The notes under the pieces: model-generated | Told to the model about the DNA's origin: nothing | What the model saw: only the letters and a program-made list of their open reading frames with translations | Database searches by the model: none | Translations under genes and position numbers: made by a program | Shown here: positions 8,525 to 15,891 of the stretch, piece after piece | How positions within the stretch are numbered: position 1 is the first letter of the stretch | How the letters are laid out: the number at the start of each line of letters is the position of its first letter | Assembly: GCA_964344485.1 (NCBI GenBank) | Contig: CAYFNF010000003.1 | Span: 50,149-102,295, forward strand | Origin: an uncultured Gammaproteobacteria bacterium | Lineage (GTDB): Bacteria > Patescibacteriota > Patescibacteriia > UBA9570 > XYC2-FULL-38-9 | Length of the DNA stretch: 52,147 nucleotides | Reading direction: 5' to 3'

Positions 8525-9562
8525 CTATCGTTTACTTAATTGCTCCTGAATGATTCTAATAAAATTCAGAAATAACACCTCTCGTGCTTCGTGCGTGTCT
8601 TGCTCGATCAGGCGCTGCCGCAGCTCATCAATAGAAGATATACCTAACTGCTCTTTCGCTGTTGCGCTCATACGTTCAATCTCTGCTGTAATGACTTCGT
8701 TGCGCATTGCTAGAAGCATGTCAGTAGCGATTGCTGTTATTTCAGGGTGATGCTGCATGGACCACTGCAAATCATTACAATATCGTAACAACTGATTCCG
8801 ACCTGCTGGATTATGTGCAAGTACTTGTATCTGTTCTCCAGCGGTCGCTACTTCTTGGCTGTGGGACGCCTGTACCCAAAAATCATCGCCTAGCCCTTGC
8901 AGTAGTGGATCCTGTCGCGCCTCTTTAGTTAAATGTAGTTGAGCAGGTCCGATTTCGCGAACTGGATTTCCATGCTCATCTTTCATCCATTCAACACGCT
9001 CGCCGACAGCTGCAGCGAGTAGCTGATGCCCGAAGCACACTGCTAGTGTCGGGGTATTATGACGGCGTGTAGCGCGAAGAAAATCCGCGACTCGACGCAT
9101 CCATTGTGCTTCATCGCTATCCGGCGCGTCTTCCATGGTAGTGACCATTGCAGCAGAACCAGTGACTAATACTGCATCCACGCCTTCAATATCCACTGGG
9201 GGCCGTTGCTCTCCCTCACTGGCTTTCCATATAGCAAAACGTTCATCTCCAGGCTCATACCCGAACATAAAGCGGACCATCGGTGCATGACGATCAGGGC
9301 GCTCTCCTCCGTACTGTGCTTCACGATATAAACGCCGCTGCTCAGGGTGAAATTGCCGCCACGCCGGTTGTAGCGTGATGTCCGTATCCGCCTGAGTCTC
9401 AATACATAAAATCTGATGCTTGAGCATTAACCGTTCAGCAACTTCTCGTGCCATTCGTTGATGGTGCTCCCATGCTTTCTCGACTTCACGCTCGTACCGT
9501 TCTCGCATTGGGTCACCGATAACGCGCTCGAGTGGTTGTCTATCTCTTGGTCCTGGTGTCAT
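8525..9562 (-). CDS. Class I glutamine amidotransferase-like protein with unassigned N- and C-terminal extensions
   Basis: Nucleophile elbow LAVCFGHQLLA and His-Glu context MQHHPE, as in GuaA-type GATase1. About 110 aa at the N-terminus and about 70 aa at the C-terminus are unassigned. Confidence 0.7.
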   Translation of the reverse strand: MTPGPRDRQPLERVIGDPMRERYEREVEKAWEHHQRMAREVAERLMLKHQILCIETQADTDITLQPAWRQFHPEQRRLYREAQYGGERPDRHAPMVRFMFGYEPGDERFAIWKASEGEQRPPVDIEGVDAVLVTGSAAMVTTMEDAPDSDEAQWMRRVADFLRATRRHNTPTLAVCFGHQLLAAAVGERVEWMKDEHGNPVREIGPAQLHLTKEARQDPLLQGLGDDFWVQASHSQEVATAGEQIQVLAHNPAGRNQLLRYCNDLQWSMQHHPEITAIATDMLLAMRNEVITAEIERMSATAKEQLGISSIDELRQRLIEQDTHEAREVLFLNFIRIIQEQLSKR

Positions 9563-9621
9563 AGTAGTAATTCTTCATTACAGTTGTACCTGTTCTGAGG
9601 CTATTGGTCAATACTGTAAGA

Positions 9622-9652
9622 TACGAAAACCCAGAGCGTTCTGCCCTGGGTT
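9622..9652 (-). terminator. Intrinsic terminator after nrdJ
   Basis: Minus strand: AACCCAGGGCAGAACGCTCTGGGTT hairpin followed by TTCGTATCTT. Confidence 0.45.
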
Positions 9653-9669
9653 GCACTGTAGTTGTGTTG

Positions 9670-12153
9670 TTACGCACACTTTGAATATCCACATCCGTGA
9701 CAGGTCATACACCCCTCCATCATCGCTAGGATTCCACCGCAATCCGGGCACTCCGGTGCTAGTCCGACATCAGCGATTGACACAGATGACGAGACAGATA
9801 CGGTTTCGGTCACCTCTCCTTGCGGAGTTACCTTCTCAGTCACTGTAATCTCTTCCATCTCAGTTGCTTGCAATAATTCATTCGCATTTTGTAGCTGTTC
9901 AGTCGTATCTTCACTAGAAAATTTCAACTGGAGCTTCTCTTGAGCTGCATTCATGTGTGTAGTGAGCACTTGTGCAATTGCATCAGGAATAGAGAGGATC
10001 TGACCGTTCTTTCCCCAAGAAGGCATTGGTCCACGTATCCCTTTCATTTGGTCAATCACAGTCTCTGTGGAAATTCCAGAACGCAAGGCAAGAGAGATTA
10101 AGCGACAGATCGCTTCGGACTTGGCTGCAAAGAATCCGCCTGCTTTGCCGATAGTAGCAAACACTTCAAACGGTCGGCCGGATTCATCATGATTGATAGT
10201 GACAAACATGGTACCGTAGCCGGTTTTAATCTTATACGTCACACCAGGCACGATCTCTGGCCTGGAACGCGGCGCTGGTGGAGCCATGCCGTTTCCTACT
10301 GCTTGCTTCTCTTTCTCTTCAGCATTTGCTGCTTCAGCAACCGGAGACGCTTGCTCTTGAGGCACTTCTTGTGGTTCTGGTGTTGGTGCTGGTACCTCTT
10401 GCTGCGGTTGTTGCTTGACTTGTTCTTGTTTTGTGGTCTCAGTTTCTGGTGAATTCTCAATCTCGTCTTCTTTCACCGAGCTTAATACTGCAGCGTCTCG
10501 TGATCCATCACGATAGTATGTCACTCCTTTACATCCCAATTTATACGCTTGCATGTAGAGCTCTTTCACTTCTTCTACTGTATGGTTGTTTGGTGCGTTT
10601 ACGGTCTTTGAGATCGAGGCGTCTGTGTACTTTTGTGCTACTGCTTGCATTTTGGCGTGTTCAAGTGGAGTGAGCTCTTTTGCGCTTACGAAATACTCTG
10701 GCTTGTCACTTGCTGGCGTATCTGGGTTTGCTTTCTTCCACTTTTCATATAATGGATGATAGACAATATGCTCACCAAGACGATCCTTTCGCTTGAACAC
10801 AAAGTCAAATACTGGCTCAATACCTGAACTCACTCCTGACAGAATGCTCGTAGTACCGGTTGGCGCTTGTGTAAGAAGCACGCCATTTCGGATGCCGTAT
10901 CTGCTGATATCATCTTGAATATCTTGCGGTAGTCGTTTAATAAAGAGTCCTTGTGAATACTTCTCTGCATCAAACGCTGGAAATGGACCCTTCTCCTTTG
11001 CGACCTCAATTGAAGCGCGGTATGATTCATCACGAATAATCTGATAGACCTCTTCACACCATGCGATAGCTTCATCTGACCCGTATCGAATCTTTGACTT
11101 GATCAACGCATCTCCAAGCCCCATAGTCCCTAGACCTGTTCTTCGTACCTTTGACTGCGCTTCTTCATTCTCTTTATAGAAGTACGGTGTTGCGTCCACT
11201 ACGTTGTCCATAAAACGGATAGCAGAATGAATAGTAGTGATAAGATCTTCTTTTAATAGCTCGCCCTCATCCGTGACAAACGCTGAGAGATTGAGTGAGC
11301 CCAAGTTACAGACTCCCCATGCTGGTAATGGTTGCTCTCCGCACGGATTCACACAGACCAGGTCTTCAAAGTACCAAGTGTTAGTCTCTTTATTCATGCG
11401 CTCCATAAAGACCATGCCTGGCTCACCTGAAGCGTGTGCTGATTCACAAATCCGATCCCAAAGATCTTGTGCTTTGATCGTTCGTACTATTTCGCCCTTC
11501 CATTGCAGGTCCCAGTCTGCATTATTCTCTACTGCTTCCATGAATTTATCGGAGATACAAACCGAAAGATTAGCATTCGTTACCTTGCCCATCTCTCTCT
11601 TTACTGTGATGAACTCTTCAATATCAGGATGATCATCATTTAACATGAGCATGAGCGCTCCGCGACGTGACCCACCTTGAATGATCAGTCCAGTAGCGAA
11701 TGAGTACAAGCCACCAAAGGATACTGCTCCAGATGCGGTGCCGTTCACTCCTTTTACATATGCACCCCGTGGACGCAAGCTAGAAAGATTCACACCAACA
11801 CCACCACCGCGAGACATGATCTCCACCATGGTTTTTACGGATTCAAAAATCCCAGCTCGACTATCATCTGGAGATGGGATGACATAACAATTATAAAATG
11901 TCAGGTCTACTTTCGCTCCTGAGCCAGCGAGAACTCTGCCGCCAGGGACATACTTAAACCCTTCTAACGCATTGTAGAACTTCTCCTCCCATTCTTTTTT
12001 CTTATCTACGGTTGTTTCTATGCTAGCGATCGCACGTGCTACGCGATGCCACATCTCCTCCGGGGTGTCTTCTATTCGATTGCCGTCTTCATCTTTGAGT
12101 GCATATCGATCAAAAAACACATCTTTCCGAAGGCCTTCCAATGTATAGGCCAT
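9670..12153 (-). CDS. nrdJ: Adenosylcobalamin-dependent (class II) ribonucleotide reductase with a low-complexity insert and C-terminal Cys4 zinc-finger tail
   Basis: 827 aa. Typical class II N-terminus FFDRYALKD..EMWHRVA, active-site region CVNPCGEQPL, C-terminal CPDCGG..CMTCHGCGYSKC. Confidence 0.93.
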   Translation of the reverse strand: MAYTLEGLRKDVFFDRYALKDEDGNRIEDTPEEMWHRVARAIASIETTVDKKKEWEEKFYNALEGFKYVPGGRVLAGSGAKVDLTFYNCYVIPSPDDSRAGIFESVKTMVEIMSRGGGVGVNLSSLRPRGAYVKGVNGTASGAVSFGGLYSFATGLIIQGGSRRGALMLMLNDDHPDIEEFITVKREMGKVTNANLSVCISDKFMEAVENNADWDLQWKGEIVRTIKAQDLWDRICESAHASGEPGMVFMERMNKETNTWYFEDLVCVNPCGEQPLPAWGVCNLGSLNLSAFVTDEGELLKEDLITTIHSAIRFMDNVVDATPYFYKENEEAQSKVRRTGLGTMGLGDALIKSKIRYGSDEAIAWCEEVYQIIRDESYRASIEVAKEKGPFPAFDAEKYSQGLFIKRLPQDIQDDISRYGIRNGVLLTQAPTGTTSILSGVSSGIEPVFDFVFKRKDRLGEHIVYHPLYEKWKKANPDTPASDKPEYFVSAKELTPLEHAKMQAVAQKYTDASISKTVNAPNNHTVEEVKELYMQAYKLGCKGVTYYRDGSRDAAVLSSVKEDEIENSPETETTKQEQVKQQPQQEVPAPTPEPQEVPQEQASPVAEAANAEEKEKQAVGNGMAPPAPRSRPEIVPGVTYKIKTGYGTMFVTINHDESGRPFEVFATIGKAGGFFAAKSEAICRLISLALRSGISTETVIDQMKGIRGPMPSWGKNGQILSIPDAIAQVLTTHMNAAQEKLQLKFSSEDTTEQLQNANELLQATEMEEITVTEKVTPQGEVTETVSVSSSVSIADVGLAPECPDCGGILAMMEGCMTCHGCGYSKCA

Positions 12154-12269
12154 ATGTTTTTTTACTAATGAACGAATATTGTTGTGATGTGGAGAATCTC
12201 CACTGCACAGCGATATCCCCCATTTTTTGGTACGAACTAAAGCGAAAAAAAATATGCGGAAGTGTAGGG

Positions 12270-12285
12270 ATTCTATATGTAGTGC
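12270..12285. promoter_or_regulatory. NrdR box (proximal)
   Basis: attCTATATGTAGtgc matches 12 of 16 positions of the recalled NrdR-box consensus acaCwAtATaTwGtgt. It overlaps the predicted -10 of nrdJ. Confidence 0.55.
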
Positions 12286-12304
12286 CGTGAATCGATTGAA
12301 ACAA
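12276..12304 (-). promoter_or_regulatory. Candidate sigma70-type promoter of nrdJ
   Basis: Minus strand: TTGTTT (12304..12299), 17-nt spacer, TACATA (12281..12276). This leaves a leader of about 120 nt. Confidence 0.35.
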
Positions 12305-12317
12305 CTATATCTAGTAT
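12302..12317. promoter_or_regulatory. NrdR box (distal)
   Basis: caaCTATATCTAGtat matches 12 of 16 positions. Its core CTATATnTAGT is repeated exactly 32 bp from the proximal box (about three helical turns). It overlaps the predicted -35. Confidence 0.55.
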
Positions 12318-12408
12318 TTTTTTCTCTTGTCTATATTGTATCACAGCCTGGGACCTGTGACAATGAGTAAAAGTAGGGATCAGACCCACTACAATATGTG
12401 GATAAGTG

Positions 12409-12447
12409 GAAAAAAAATAAAACACCCCCCTAGATATAGGGGGTGTC
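12409..12447 (-). terminator. Intrinsic terminator after the 275-aa secreted-protein gene
   Basis: Minus strand: ACACCCCC-TATATCT-(A)GGGGGTGT stem-loop followed by TTTTATTTTTTTT. Confidence 0.7.
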
Positions 12448-12479
12448 AATTATACACGCTAATATAGCTCTCGAATTTA

Positions 12480-13307
12480 TTAGTCGAAAGTGATGTCTAT
12501 TCCGCTGCGATGCTGACCCATGCGTAGTTTTCTTTTCACGTTGGTTTTCGCTCTTTTCCTGTCATATTTCGCAATAACCTTGTACTTCTTTTTTGGCTTT
12601 ACTGGATAGAACGAGTAATTACCATCAGCATCCGTAGTGGTGCGCTGAAGAATTTTCTTCCCGTTCTTGCGTTTTAGCAATACTTGCGCTCCATCAACAG
12701 TAAATTCCTTTTCTGACACAGTCTCATACACAGTTCCGGATATCTTTGGCTTTGCTTTGTGATACAGTGAGACACTATTCACTTTAAATGTCGTTAACCG
12801 TTCTCCATCATTAACTACTTCAAACACCAGCTGTAATCGCTCATCTGCTATTTCAGAAGGAAATATTTTTCTTACATCAGTCCATGTCTCTTCGGTTTCA
12901 TCCGGATAGATCTCCCGGTAATAGTACACTTCTTCTGTGTCGACGTTCTTTAATTTAACAATTCCATAGTCCGTAGTATTATTCTCATCCTCTTCTGTAA
13001 CCAATCGGTAAGAGTATCGTAGGATTATCTTTGATTTTGGTTCATTTTGACCTGGACCTCCTAATGCATACACCCCTTGCTTCACATTATAATCACCGAG
13101 ATTGAAATAGGTGTCGTCCTTCCATGTCTTGTTCTCTATTGCATCCATGCATGTCTCTACTGTACATCCGTTAAAAAATATCCAACTGCTGGTCACCCAT
13201 TCCCCTGGAATAAAATTATAACCAGAGAAATAGTCTGCGTTTACAGGTGTGTAAACAAAAAACAGCGCGATTGCAACAGAAATTGTGTAAGCAAATGCCT
13301 TCTTCAT
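12480..13307 (-). CDS. Secreted protein: signal peptide, beta-sandwich (CBM-like) region, CarboxypepD_reg-like C-terminal domain
   Basis: N-terminus MKKAFAYTISVAIALFFVYTPVNA. C-terminus ISGTVYE..VDGAQVLLKRKNGKKILQRTTTDADGNYSF resembles the carboxypeptidase regulatory-like fold. Confidence 0.65.
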   Translation of the reverse strand: MKKAFAYTISVAIALFFVYTPVNADYFSGYNFIPGEWVTSSWIFFNGCTVETCMDAIENKTWKDDTYFNLGDYNVKQGVYALGGPGQNEPKSKIILRYSYRLVTEEDENNTTDYGIVKLKNVDTEEVYYYREIYPDETEETWTDVRKIFPSEIADERLQLVFEVVNDGERLTTFKVNSVSLYHKAKPKISGTVYETVSEKEFTVDGAQVLLKRKNGKKILQRTTTDADGNYSFYPVKPKKKYKVIAKYDRKRAKTNVKRKLRMGQHRSGIDITFD

Positions 13308-13322
13308 ATAATATGTTAGTTA

Positions 13323-13892
13323 TTAATGCTCCACGCCTTTGCGAGGAAGAAAGTCCTTGTGGTATGGACTCTTAGTTGTTGTCATGACTGTAATCAAGTC
13401 TGCAGCATTTAACAGCTTTGACGGTGCATTCTTTCCAGTAAGAATCACCTCGGTCTCCTGGTGTTTGTTATCAATAAAATCTAATACCTCTTCAAGTTTT
13501 ACTATTTCATGATGCAATACTGTATTAATTTCATCTAATATGAGGATGTCTGGCCGCTTCATGACCATGGCTCGTCGCGCATATTCTAGCCCTTGCTTTG
13601 CTAAATACTGATCCATAGCGCTTGGATCTGCTAAATCAGTTGGATCTGGTGTGCCAAATTGCACTATTTCAATGTGTGGAGCTAGTTTATCGTGCGCTAG
13701 CAGCTCTCCGTAGTCTTTATGGCCTTTTACGAACTGAATCACTAATACCTTCATTTTATGCCCTGCAGCACGCAACGCCACGCCCAGTGCAGCAGAGGTC
13801 TTGCCTTTCCCCTCTCCGGTATAGACATGAACATACCCCAATCTCTTTTTTGGGTTAAATTCCTTTTTTGGTGGTCGTTTATGCCAATGCAT
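13323..13892 (-). CDS. cobO: ATP:cob(I)alamin (corrinoid) adenosyltransferase, CobA/CobO/BtuR type
   Basis: GYVHVYTGEGKGKTSAALGVALRAAGHKMKVLVIQFVKG P-loop region and DILILDEIN. Its start lies 1 nt downstream of the nrdR stop. Confidence 0.88.
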   Translation of the reverse strand: MHWHKRPPKKEFNPKKRLGYVHVYTGEGKGKTSAALGVALRAAGHKMKVLVIQFVKGHKDYGELLAHDKLAPHIEIVQFGTPDPTDLADPSAMDQYLAKQGLEYARRAMVMKRPDILILDEINTVLHHEIVKLEEVLDFIDNKHQETEVILTGKNAPSKLLNAADLITVMTTTKSPYHKDFLPRKGVEH

Positions 13893-13893
13893 A

Positions 13894-14382
13894 CTATTTC
13901 TTCTTCTTTTTAAATATACTCTTTTTTTTGCGTGGTGTTAAGCGCTTGGCTTCATCAGCGAATTCCTCAACAGCATCGAATGAACGGTATACAGATGCAA
14001 ACCGAATGTATGCGACTTTATCCAGTTTCTTTAAGTACTTCATTACAATCTCTCCGATATCTCGACTATGGATCTTATCTTTACTCGCTTTTGTTTGAAT
14101 GTCTTGCTCAATACTATGAATGATGCGTTTCAATCGATCTGGACTCACTGGGCGTTTCCGAAGCGCGATTTTTAAACTTCGAACAAGCTTCTCCTTGTCA
14201 TACGGCTCTGTCCCCTCGTCTGCTTTCTCTACTTCTAATGAAAGAATCTCAATCTCTTCAATTGTTGAAAACCGAAATTCACATTTCGGGCATTGACGGC
14301 GGCGGCGGATGGTCGCTCCGTCTTCAATGACTCGAGTATCGATTACTCTCGTATCTTCACATCGACAAGAGGGGCAATGCAT
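13894..14382 (-). CDS. nrdR: Transcriptional repressor NrdR (zinc ribbon + ATP-cone) with a Lys-rich tail
   Basis: MHCPSCRCEDTRVIDTRV..RRRRQCPKCEFRFSTIE zinc ribbon followed by an ATP-cone. I place the start at the internal ATG at 14382 rather than the track start at 14463, because NrdR proteins begin at the MxCPxC motif. Confidence 0.9.
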   Translation of the reverse strand: MHCPSCRCEDTRVIDTRVIEDGATIRRRRQCPKCEFRFSTIEEIEILSLEVEKADEGTEPYDKEKLVRSLKIALRKRPVSPDRLKRIIHSIEQDIQTKASKDKIHSRDIGEIVMKYLKKLDKVAYIRFASVYRSFDAVEEFADEAKRLTPRKKKSIFKKKKK

Positions 14383-14463
14383 ATGCACTACTGTACCAGA
14401 AAAAATGCTGAAAAGCAATGGCGTGTTCTTCAATTCACGAGCAACACATCGACACGCTATCAC

Positions 14464-14495
14464 ATATTAAAAGACCCTGCGCTATGCAGGGTCTT
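14464..14495 (-). terminator. Intrinsic terminator after ftsZ
   Basis: 10-bp stem AAGACCCTGC/GCAGGGTCTT with a 5-nt loop. On the minus strand it is followed by TTAATAT, with the T-run partly inside the stem. Confidence 0.6.
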
Positions 14496-14519
14496 ATATA
14501 GATCGCGTTTGCAATAGTG

Positions 14520-15662
14520 TTACATCATCTTCTTGCGAATGAACGCAGGGATGTCTAAATCTGAATCTTCGGTATTGTCCACTTTCTCTTCATCCATGAT
14601 GCTTCGGGCTGCTGGTGCTGCTGGTGCTGCAACGTCATCCTTTTTCTCATCTTCTGAAGATGATACATCTCGGAATGGGTTCTGTGCTTGTACTTTCTTT
14701 GCTGAACGTGTTCCTTCTCCAAATCCAGTTGCAACCACAGTAATTTGTACTTCGTCCTTTAGTGCTTCATCTACGACTGCGCCGAAGATAATACGTGCAT
14801 TTGGATCAGCGGATTCAGTAATAATACGCGCTGCCTCATTGACTTCAAACATTCCCATGTTTGAACCACCAGTGATAGTAAAGAGAATTCCTTGCGCTCC
14901 ATCAATGGAGAGTTCTAGTAATGGGCTATCAATAGCTTGTTTTGCTGCGTCTACTGCTCTATTCTCTCCTGCGGATTTACCGATACCCATTAATGCAGAT
15001 CCTGCGTCAGACATCACTGATTTTACATCAGCAAAGTCTACGTTAATCAGGCCAGGAACAATGATTAAATCCGAAATACCTTGCACTCCTTGGCGTAGCA
15101 CTTCATCTGCAACAGTGAATGCTTCTAGTAATGATGTCTTTTTATCAATAATTTGTAGCAATCTATCGTTTGGAATGGTTACAATGGTATCCACTTTATC
15201 AGAAAGGTCACTTAATGCAGCATCAGCAATCTGTTGCCGTTGCACTCCTTCGAATTCAAACGGCTTTGTAACAATAGCAACAGTGAGTGCGCCGGCTTCT
15301 CGAGCTAACTCCGCTACAAATGGTGCTGCGCCAGATCCGGTTCCTCCACCTAAGCCACAGGTGATAAAGACCATGTCCGAACCTTTCAAGGTCTCTTGCA
15401 GCTCGTCTTGGTTCTCTTCTGCTGCTTTTAATCCTAGTTCCGGGTCCATACCCGCTCCTAGGCCGCGAGTGGTATTCTTTCCAATGTGGACTTTCAGTTT
15501 TGATGGTGAATGGTGCAATGCTTGTGCGTCTGTATTTACTGCGATGAATTCGACACCTTTTAATCCAGTGTCCATCATGCGAGAAATAGCAGCGCCTCCG
15601 GACCCTCCAATTCCGATAACCTTTATCTTGGCAAAGGTTTCGATTGCTGGTTTTACTTCCAT
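14520..15662 (-). CDS. ftsZ: Cell division GTPase FtsZ
   Basis: IKVIGIGGSGGAAISRM, the tubulin signature GLGGGTGSGAAP, and an acidic C-terminal tail ending DIPAFIRKK. Confidence 0.97.
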   Translation of the reverse strand: MEVKPAIETFAKIKVIGIGGSGGAAISRMMDTGLKGVEFIAVNTDAQALHHSPSKLKVHIGKNTTRGLGAGMDPELGLKAAEENQDELQETLKGSDMVFITCGLGGGTGSGAAPFVAELAREAGALTVAIVTKPFEFEGVQRQQIADAALSDLSDKVDTIVTIPNDRLLQIIDKKTSLLEAFTVADEVLRQGVQGISDLIIVPGLINVDFADVKSVMSDAGSALMGIGKSAGENRAVDAAKQAIDSPLLELSIDGAQGILFTITGGSNMGMFEVNEAARIITESADPNARIIFGAVVDEALKDEVQITVVATGFGEGTRSAKKVQAQNPFRDVSSSEDEKKDDVAAPAAPAARSIMDEEKVDNTEDSDLDIPAFIRKKMM

Positions 15663-15835
15663 AGGACTATGTTTGATACGTTAAGTATTATTTACTGTAT
15701 TTCTTGAACGAATACATTTATTGTTCAAAGAAATACCGTACTTTTTTTCGCAAATCAAGTCTATATCATCACAGAAAAAAGCGCAAGTTTTTTGAGTACA
15801 TTTATTATTCATGCTTTTGCACTATCCTCTACCAG

Positions 15836-15863
15836 CTATAAAAACACCCTCTCGTGAGGGTGT
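15836..15863 (-). terminator. Intrinsic terminator/attenuator after ftsA
   Basis: ACACCCTC-acga-GAGGGTGT hairpin followed on the minus strand by TTTTTATAG. T-runs on both sides make it potentially bidirectional. Confidence 0.6.
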
Positions 15864-15891
15864 TTTATTTTCTGAACTTTAGTGTTCTGAA

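Noticed and set aside
10262-10480. NrdJ insert as an intein
   Set aside because: There are no splice-junction Cys/Ser/Thr, no terminal His-Asn and no LAGLIDADG/HNH blocks. The composition is a P/Q/E low-complexity linker.
12345-12359. AGCCTGGGACCTGTG resembling a cobalamin-riboswitch B12 box upstream of the B12-dependent nrdJ
   Set aside because: It is on the plus strand, while nrdJ and all neighbouring genes are on the minus strand. It lies upstream of the predicted promoter, and no other riboswitch helices are recognisable around it.
14533-15684. 383-aa plus-strand ORF spanning the whole of ftsZ in antisense
   Set aside because: The minus-strand frame encodes a textbook FtsZ. The antisense product is low-complexity (S/A/P-rich) with no motifs. 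Long shadow ORFs opposite highly expressed genes with RNY-biased codons are common artefacts.
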